Assembly (NCBI GenBank): GCA_964016885.1
Contig: OZ024755.1
Span: 35,960,001-36,024,000, forward strand
DNA length: 64,000 nt
Source: Eledone cirrhosa
Taxonomy: Eukaryota
Reading direction: 5' to 3'
Part shown: piece by piece, positions 55,370 to 64,000 of the stretch
Position numbering within the stretch: the first letter of the stretch is position 1
Layout of the letters: each line of letters opens with the position of its first letter
Program-made: the position numbers and the translations under genes
Notes under the pieces: generated by a model
What the model was told of the DNA's origin: nothing
Seen by the model: the letters and a program-made list of their open reading frames with translations, nothing else
Databases searched by the model: none

Positions 55370-55527
55370 CATCATCATCATCGTTTCATTTTACGTCTGC
55401 TTCTCCCTGCTTGCAAGGGTGGGACAGGAACTGATTCTGGCTTGATTTCTACAGCTGGATGCCCTTCCTAACACCAACCTCATTTACAGTGAGTGCTGGG
55501 TTCTTTTTTTCAGTGACGCCTACACGT
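55370..55527 (-). mobile_element. SINE family A 3' part
   Basis: Tail and Meta-like domain. Confidence 0.8.
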
Positions 55528-55530
55528 ATA

Positions 55531-55573
<43 letters not shown>

Positions 55574-55575
<2 letters not shown>

Positions 55576-56080
55576 TGTCATACTGTGTGTCTAGGGAACT
55601 TTGTTGTAGAGGTACTGTCATACTGTGTCTAGGGCACTTTGTTGTAGAGGCACTGTCATACGGTGTGTCTAGGACACTTTGTTGTAGAGGCACTGTCATA
55701 CGGTGTGTCTAGGACACTTTGTTGTAGAGGCACTGTCTTACGGTGTGTCTAGGACACTTTACTGTAGAGGCACTGTCTTACGGTGTGTCTAGGACACTTT
55801 GTTGTAGAGGTACTGTCTTATGGTGTGTCTAGGACACTTTGTTGTAGAGGTACTGTCATACTGTGTGTCTAGGACACTTTGTTGTAGAGGTACTGTCATA
55901 CTGTGTGTCTAGGACACTTTGTTGTAGAGGTACTGTCATACTGTGTGTCTAGGGAACTTTGTTGTAGAGGTACTGTCATACGGTGTGTCTAGGACACTTT
56001 GTTGTAGAGGTACTGTCATACTGTGTGTCTAGGGAACTTTGTTGTAGAGGTACTGTCATACGGTGTGTCTAGGGAACTTT
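55574..56080. repeat. Minisatellite, 40-bp unit ACTGTCATACGGTGTGTCTAGGACACTTTGTTGTAGAGGT
   Basis: About 12.5 units. Confidence 0.97.
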
Positions 56081-56308
56081 TAACCCTTTAGCATTTAAAC
56101 CGGCTGTATCTGGCCAGAATTCTCTCTCCTCTTTCTGTTCAAAGTGGCCATAACTGGCAGCTCATACTGATATTAACGTATTGTTCTCAACATAAATAAT
56201 ATCAAAATCTTGTAGATTCAATAATATGTGAGATAATTATGTAAGATAAAGCCTTTACGATGAAAATGTAATAGTAAACCTGGAGTAATGTAAATGCTAA
56301 AGGGTTAA
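56080..56308. mobile_element. piggyBac-type (TTAA) MITE, complete
   Basis: TTAA-CCCTTTAGCATTTA ... TAAATGCTAAAGGG-TTAA with perfect TIRs. Confidence 0.88.
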
Positions 56309-57259
56309 ACCTGCCAGAGCCCAACCCTCTCCAGGTCTGAACACAGCCGATATTCTCTATTGAGGAAGAATGGACCCCAGTACTGGACTGGTACTTTTTT
56401 TTAATGACCTCAAAAGAGTGAAAGGCAAAGTTGAGCGTGCAATGAGGTGAGACGAATACCGCAAAGCATTTTTTCCAACATCTTAACAACTCTGACAATT
56501 GGCCATCTTACTAGTAAAGATACTACACCTAAAACATTTGAATTAATCGATTTGTTTTTCTTTTTTTTTTTACTGTTAATAGGATAATATTTCATCACTT
56601 TATGGGAATTAAGTCTTATGCTTAAAGGAAATAAAATTACACTGCATTAATTCCCATGCTTCTACTATACAAACACATAAGGTGAAGTAAATATAGATGT
56701 ATCTACTTTTAAAATCTTAAGCTTTGCTATAAACCCATAATGAAATATGTATTTTGTCATGCTCTTCATGAACATAAAAATATGGGTAATGCCTCTATTT
56801 TATAGTTTATTGGCTGTTCACCAGAAAACACACGTCTTTCTCTTTCTGCCTATAGAGAAACAATATAGGAAGTTGCTATTTATATCAAACACAAACCAAA
56901 GCCCAACTGAAGTGGCCAGTCTAATTTGCATAATACACCTTGGCGATATGAATAATTGAATAATATTTATGCACATCACAGCATATATTAGAAAATTGAA
57001 GATGAATTTAATGTAGGCCTAACTACATTTCTTTTTAATGATAAACCTTAATGCATCTTAATTGCTTCCGTATCTATATGACAGCTTCATTATGATGTAT
57101 ATGTTTAATATACTATTGCTACATAAATGTATGTGTGTGCAAACACAGACACACACAGACATATATATATTTTCTTTCACATCCACATATCACTTAAGAT
57201 CATGGATCTGCAACTAGAAATGTTTATTTCAGCCTGTGTTGGTAAAGTGTGGTGAGGTA

Positions 57260-57500
57260 GATAACACTAGAGTGTCCACTCCAGGGATACATATAGAGAT
57301 AACAGAGTGTTCACTCAAAGGGGACATATAGCGATAAGTGTTCACTCGAGGGGGACATATATAGATAAGAGAGTGTTCACTCCAAGGGAACATATATAGA
57401 TAACACTACAGTGTTCACTCCAGGGGTACATATATAGATAACAGAGTGTTCACTCCAGGGGGACATATAGAAATAACAGAGTGTTAACTCCAGGGGACAT
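57260..57500. repeat. ~34-bp minisatellite (AGATAACAGAGTGTTCACTCCAGGGGGACATAT), continued at 57952-58030 and 58878-58920
   Basis: Directly visible. Confidence 0.85.
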
Positions 57501-57525
57501 ATATATATATATATATGTTCAGATC

Positions 57526-57953
57526 TTTGGCGCTACTCAGTAATACAGAAGACCCGCCTTACCTAAGTACAAAGTGAAACCTACTACAGTCAGTAGGCAC
57601 CTCTAACAAAATACACCCCCGTCTCACTACCCCCACCCCATCCACCCCACCCCTTTCAATGTAAAGTTATGTTGGTACCACAACATCCAGTCCGAAACAA
57701 ATGAGGTCGTGTAGGTGTCACGACAAAAAAACACACAGTCCACGCTGTCATGTGGCCGTGTAGGTAACACGGTAAAAACCTCCCAGTCCACACTGTAAAC
57801 GTGGTTGGTGTTAGGAAGGGCATCCAGCTGTAGAAAACCCGCCAGACAGTACTATGCGAGCAAGACAACCACTCTTGCCTCAAGTGGAAAAACTCCCGTC
57901 CAAACCCATGCAAGCGTGGAAGATGGACGTTAAACGATGATGATGATGATGAT
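57526..57953 (+). mobile_element. Meta-domain/RTE-tail SINE-like element (copy 2)
   Basis: Colinear with 54611-55053. Confidence 0.75.
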
Positions 57954-58551
57954 ATAACAAATTGTTCACTCCAGGGGGGGGACATATGTAGATAATAGAG
58001 TGTTCACTCAAGGGGGACATATAGAGATGCAGCAAGCAATGGCACTATTTTATCACTGCGGAGTAATTTGGTCATGCTTTATCACTCGCCAGCCTTTAGG
58101 GTCGGTGGCGTATGAATACAAAAGACGACTTCCGCCTAGCAGTTGCTTCGCACCTTTTTTCAGTTCTAGCTAGCAGTTGTGCCTAGCCCTTCGTTGACAC
58201 CAGCAGCTCACAAATGGCTTCCCCGGTCGAGTCCCCATCTTTCAAAACTACCCACCAGTTGCGTTTTGGAGTTGACAACTAGCAGCTCATAATGGCTTCC
58301 CTACTCCTGTGACTTTGCTCTCTAACAATGAGAGTAGTTTCATTATACAGCTTTTAGGAGATTTACCGTTACGAACAACTTGGTCCCAAAGTACTTGCCA
58401 TTAAGAGATTTGCCATTACATGTCAGCTTTGTTACACAAAATCTCTGTACCACTTCACACCCTTTATACATGGGTTCACGTCAAGCTAAAATAAGTCTTT
58501 ATTATGTTTTGAAATATGCCTTCAGATCTTTTCTGCTACCATGGAATATGA

Positions 58552-58740
58552 AGTGGATTGGCAGTATTGGTAGAGGGTCGGACGCCATGCTTTGACGTAT
58601 AGAGTTACGGCCCTTGCCATTCTGAGTTCCAATCCCGCCGAGGTTAACTTTGCCTTTCCTCCTTATGGGGTCGATAAAATAAAGTACCAGTAATGTACTG
58701 AGTAATTGCTGGCCTTGTGCCAAACGTAGAAACAATTATT
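58552..58740 (+). mobile_element. SINE family B, full length
   Basis: GTGGATTGGCAGTATTGGTAG ... GAGTTCCAATCCCGCCGAGGTTAACTTTGCCTTTC. Confidence 0.85.
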
Positions 58741-59024
58741 ATATCTGTTTACCTCAAGTAGTAATCTCTACTGACATATAAGTCCAACATCTAATTGCTA
58801 CCTTTATCAATTGTACCGTTGTGAATCTCTCTTGAAAACCTTTCTGCTACCACTACAACAAAAGTACTTTTTACTAAAGAGATAAGAGAGTGTTCACTCG
58901 AGGGGGACATATATAGATATGTTGAACCTCTGTATTTCCTGATGATAGGTGTTCCAGGTGATTCAATCAATAGAACTACCTACTCATCAAGTTAATGTGT
59001 GGCTCACCATTCCACAGACACTCT

Positions 59025-59482
59025 TAACTCTTTAGCATTTAAACCGGCCATATCCGGTCAGAACTATCTCACCTCTTTTTGTTCAAACCGGCTATAAGTG
59101 CGGTTCATACTGATATTATGGTATTGTTCTCAATATAAACATCAAAAGCCAAGGTCAACTTTGTCTTTTATCCTTTCAGCAGTTGGTCAATAAATAAAGT
59201 CTCTCTCCATTGGATTGGCAAAATTGTTAACAGAAGTAGCGTTCTTAGGTGTTTATAGAAATAGATGAATAGTTTTAACCCTTTAGCATTTAAATCGACC
59301 ATATCCAGCTAGAATTCTCACTTCTTTCTCTTCAAACATGGCTGTAACTAGCCGCTCATACTGATGATAAGGTATTGTTCTCAAAATAGATAATATCAAA
59401 AATCTCAGATTCCATATTATGTGAGATAATTATATGAAAATATAATAGTTAATATAGAATAATTTAAATGCTAAAGGGTTAA
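59025..59482. mobile_element. Two piggyBac-type MITE copies (59025-~59145 partial, 59275-59482 complete)
   Basis: TTAA-CCCTTTAGCATTTAAA ... TTTAAATGCTAAAGGG-TTAA. Confidence 0.8.
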
Positions 59483-59699
59483 TGTAGTTACCAATGAGGA
59501 CCATTACCAGCCATGTTAGCTGCTCGGCAATACACTGCACATGCCCTGTCAATCTATGAAGGGTTTGTAGCAAGTTAGAGAAAAACACAACCAGTAAAAC
59601 AGTAATGGAATGAAAAAATAAAAACATTTTTTTTATAATCAAAGCCTTAAAATGCCCCTTCCTTACAATATACATTTCAATTACATTGAAACTTATTTG

Positions 59700-59887
59700 A
59701 TAAGCTTAAATTAAAAACACTTTTTATTCAGATGTAAATACCGCAATAAGAAAATAGACATGTTCTAACAAAAAAATCTGCGGTGTAGCGAGGATTATCG
59801 CGATAGGAAATTAGATACGTTACAAAGAAAAATCTGTGATGTAGCGGGATCGCGAAAAGTGAACCGTAATATAGCGAGGGATTACTG

Positions 59888-59888
<1 letters not shown>
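59700..59888. mobile_element. pogo/Tigger-like DNA transposon right end
   Basis: Subterminal ..GCG.TGTAGCG repeats and terminal ATAGCGAGGGATTACTG-TA; I found no left TIR. Confidence 0.55.
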
Positions 59889-59926
<38 letters not shown>

Positions 59927-60000
59927 ATATATATTTTAGTCTTCAAATTTATTATTATTACTATATATATATATATTTTAGTCTTCAAATTTATTATTAT

Positions 60001-60090
<90 letters not shown>

Positions 60091-60138
60091 AAGAAATCAA
60101 AGAACGCTTATATACCAACAAATTGAATATCCCTTTTG

Positions 60139-60190
<52 letters not shown>

Positions 60191-60369
60191 TGTGTGTATG
60201 TGCAGACATACTCACAAATACAAATATATAATCGCAGTATCATATGTTCGGTTGAGATAGAGCTTTCACCAGATTCACACACATATATATAAGTCTGTGT
60301 ACACTTTTACATGTGACACATGTATGTGTGTCCGTGCAACCATGCATGTGAGTTTGTGGCTATAGACGT

Positions 60370-61938
60370 ATATAGTATGGATATATAGTATGGATATATA
60401 TAGTATGGATATATATAGTATGCATACATATAGTATGGATATATAGTATGGATATATAGTATGGATATATAGTACAAATATATAGTATGGATATATAGTA
60501 CAAATATATAGTATGGATATATAGTATGGATATATAGTATCGATATATAGTATGGATATATAGTATGGATATATAGTATGGATATATAGTATGGATATAT
60601 ATAGTATCGATATATAGTATGGATATATAGTATCGATATATAGTATGGATATATAGTACAAATATATAGTATGGATATATAGTATGGATATATAGTACAA
60701 ATATATAGTATGGATATATAGTATGGATTTATAGTATCGATATATAGTATGGATATATAGTATCGATATATAGTATGGATATATAGTATGGATACATAGT
60801 GTGGATATATAGTGTGGATATATAGTATGGATATATATAGTATCGATATATAGTATGGATATATAGTATCGATATATAGTATGGATATATAGTATGGATA
60901 TATAGTGTGGATATATAGTATGGATATATATAGTATCGATATATAGTATGGATATATAGTATCGATATATAGTATGGATATATAGTATCGATATATAGTA
61001 TGGATATATATAGTATGGATATATATAGTATGGATATATAGTATCGATATATAGTATGGATATATATAGTATCGATATATAGTGTGGATATATAGTATGG
61101 ATATATATAGTATCGATATATAGTATGGATATATATAGTATGGATATATATAGTATGGATATATAGTATGGATATATAGTACAAATATATAGTATGGATA
61201 TATAGTATGGATTTATAGTATCGATATATAGTATGGATATATAGTATCGATATATAGTATGGATATATATAGTATCGATATATAGTATGGATATATATAG
61301 TATGGATATATATAGTATGGATATATAGTATGGATATATAGTATGGATATATAGTATGGATATATAGTATGGATATATAGTATGGATTTATAGTATGGAT
61401 ATATATAGTATGGATATATAGTATGGATTTATAGTATGGATATATAGTATGGATATATAGTATGGATATATATAGTATGGATATATAGTATGGATTTATA
61501 GTATGGATATATAGTATGGATATATAGTATGGATTTATAGTATGGATATATAGTATGGATATATATAGTATGGATATATAGTATGGATTTATAGTATGGA
61601 TATATAGTATGGATATATAGTATGGATATATATAGTATGGATATATAGTATGGATTTATAGTATGGATATATAGTATGGATATATAGTATGGATTTATAG
61701 TATGGATATATAGTATGGATTTATAGTATGGATATATAGTATGGATATATAGTATGGATTTATAGTATGGATATATAGTATGGATATATAGTATGGATAT
61801 ATAGTATGGATATATAGTATGGATATATAGTATGGATATATAGTATGGATAGAAAATATGGATATATATAGTATGGATATATAGTATGGATTTATAGTAT
61901 GCATATATAGTATGGTTATATAGTATGGATATATAGTA
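60370..61938. repeat. Minisatellite, 13/15-bp unit TAGTATGGATATA
   Basis: Directly visible. Confidence 0.97.
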
Positions 61939-63079
61939 AATGTCTCAGAATGTCTATAGTCTCTCTCTCCTCTTTACCACACGAACATGCATGCACACAC
62001 ATACTCGCACACATGTGTGAACACACACACGTGTGCAGACATACATACTCACATGCACATACATGCCCACACACTCAAACATGCACATGCACACACATGC
62101 ATGCGCATGCAGACATGCACGTACACAGACATGCACACTCACACATACACATGCGCAGATATGTACACATGCACGCACACATGCATGCACACATGTGCAT
62201 ACACACACACACTCACACATGCATGCACACACAAACATGCGCACACGTGTGCACATATGCATACACACCCACACACATACACACGTGCACACACATGCAT
62301 AGACATGCATACGCACATGCAGGCACACACACATGCACACATGCATAGAAATGCATACACACACACACACAGGTGCGCTCGCAATAATCACAATCAAATG
62401 AGACATTACACAGGTGTGAATGAATGAGGTCTCTAAAGTCCGAGGAAAGAGAATAGAAAAATGAAGGAAGCAAAGAAGGAAAAAAGGAACGAAAAGAAAA
62501 TAATCTGAAGGAATAATAAAGAAAGATGGAGGGAAAAAAATGTCTTGAGAAAATTAGAAAAAATGAACGAATGTAAGGAAAATATAGGAAAGAAAATATA
62601 GAAGTTGAAGGAATGAGGAAAATAGATGACTGAATGAAATTGAAGAAAGAGTAAAAGAAAGAAGGTAAATGAAAGGATGACAGCTGAAATATGAGAATGA
62701 ATGAAAGAATGAATGAAAGAAAGAAAAATAGATGAAAGAATAAAGTGAAAGAAGGATTTAGGTGAATGAGAACAGATAAAGGAAAGATTGACAGAAGAGA
62801 CAAAGAAAGAATAAATGAATGAATGAAGTAGGGGGGAAAATAAATAATTAAATGGCAAAATAAAAGGTGAATGAATGAAAGGATGAAAATAAAAGTAAAG
62901 TGATGGAAGAGAGAATTAAAGAAGGCAAGAAGAAATTGAAGGAAAGAAGAAATTGAAGGAACAAAGGAAATGTGGAATAAAATAATAATAAAAAATGCAA
63001 TAGATCAAAGTGAGGAAAATTTGAAGGAAAGAGATAGGAATGAGTTAGAGAAATTAAGAGACAGAACGAGTTAGGTGGG

Positions 63080-64000
63080 AGATAGAGAGAATAAGAGAAA
63101 GAAAGAGTCAGGAGTGAGATAGAGAGAATAAAAGAAAGAAAGAGTTAGGAGTGAGATAGAGAGAATAAAAGAAAGAAAGAGTTAGGAGTGAGATAGAGAG
63201 AATAAGAGAAAGAAAGAGTTAGGAGTGAGATAGAGAGATTAAAAGAAAGAAATAGTTAGGAGTGAGATAGAGAGAATAAAAGAAAGAAAGAGTTAGGAAT
63301 GAGATAGAGAGAATAAAAGAAAGAAAGAGTTAGGAATGAGATAGAGAGAATAAAAGAAAGAAAGAGTTAGGAGTGAGATAGAGAGAATAAGAGAAAGAAA
63401 GAGTTAGGAGTGAGATAGAGAGAATAAAAGAAAGAAAGAGTTAGGAATGAGATAGAGAGAATAAAAGAAAGAAAGAGTTAGGAATGAGATAGAGAGAATA
63501 AAAGAAAGAAAGAGTTAGGAGTGAGATAGAGAGAATAAGAGAAAGAAAGAGTTAGGAGTGAGATAGAGAGAATAAGAGAAAGAAAGAGTTAGGAGTGAGA
63601 TAGAGAGAATAAAAGAAAGAAAGAGTTAGAAGTGAGATAGAGAGAATAAGAGAAAGAAAGAGTTAGGAATGAGATAGAGAGAATAAAAGAAAGAAAGAGT
63701 TAGGAATGAGATAGAGAGAATAAAAGAAAGAAAGAGTTAGGAGTGAGATAGAGAGAATAAAAGAAAGAAAGAGTTAGAAGTGAGATAGAGAGAATAAGAG
63801 AAAGAAAGAGTTAGGAATGAGATAGAGAGAATAAAAGAAAGAAAGAGTTAGGAATGAGATAGAGAGAATAAAAGAAAGAAAGAGTTAGGAGTGAGATAGA
63901 GAGAATAAAAGAAAGAAAGAGTTAGGAATGAGATAGAGAGAATAAAAGAAAGAAAGAGTTAGGAATGAGATAGAGAGAATAAAAGAAAGAAAGAGTTAGG
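63080..64000. repeat. Minisatellite, 37-bp unit GAGTTAGGAGTGAGATAGAGAGAATAAAAGAAAGAAA (runs off the window)
   Basis: Directly visible. Confidence 0.97.

Noticed and set aside
63080-64000. TTAGG in each repeat unit, suggesting a telomere
   Set aside because: A single pentamer inside a 37-bp unit, not a (TTAGGG)n array.

Overview
Eukaryotic, AT-rich, repeat-saturated DNA, most likely intronic or intergenic sequence from a coleoid cephalopod. The octopod-type CORE and Meta-domain SINEs suggest this; the taxon is my inference. No intact protein-coding gene can be supported, and the long ORFs in the track are stop-free minisatellites and microsatellites. The window contains (i) many tRNA-derived SINEs of at least two families; (ii) RTE, CR1 and Tx1-like LINE fragments; (iii) an internally deleted DD37D (maT) Tc1/mariner element, a hAT MITE, TTAA-flanked piggyBac-type MITEs and a non-autonomous Helitron; and (iv) about a dozen large minisatellites. 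The least obvious component is a dense, diverse set of Penelope-like element (PLE) termini carrying minimal hammerhead ribozymes (HHRs), all in or beside (TA)n tracts. These comprise 8 complete or near-complete cores, several half cores, one 2.6-kb PLE with inverted pseudo-LTRs and an endonuclease C-terminal remnant, and three copies of a snap-back family in which the 5' half of the ribozyme is replaced by a mirror copy of its 3' half. All coordinates and structures were read by eye and need computational confirmation.
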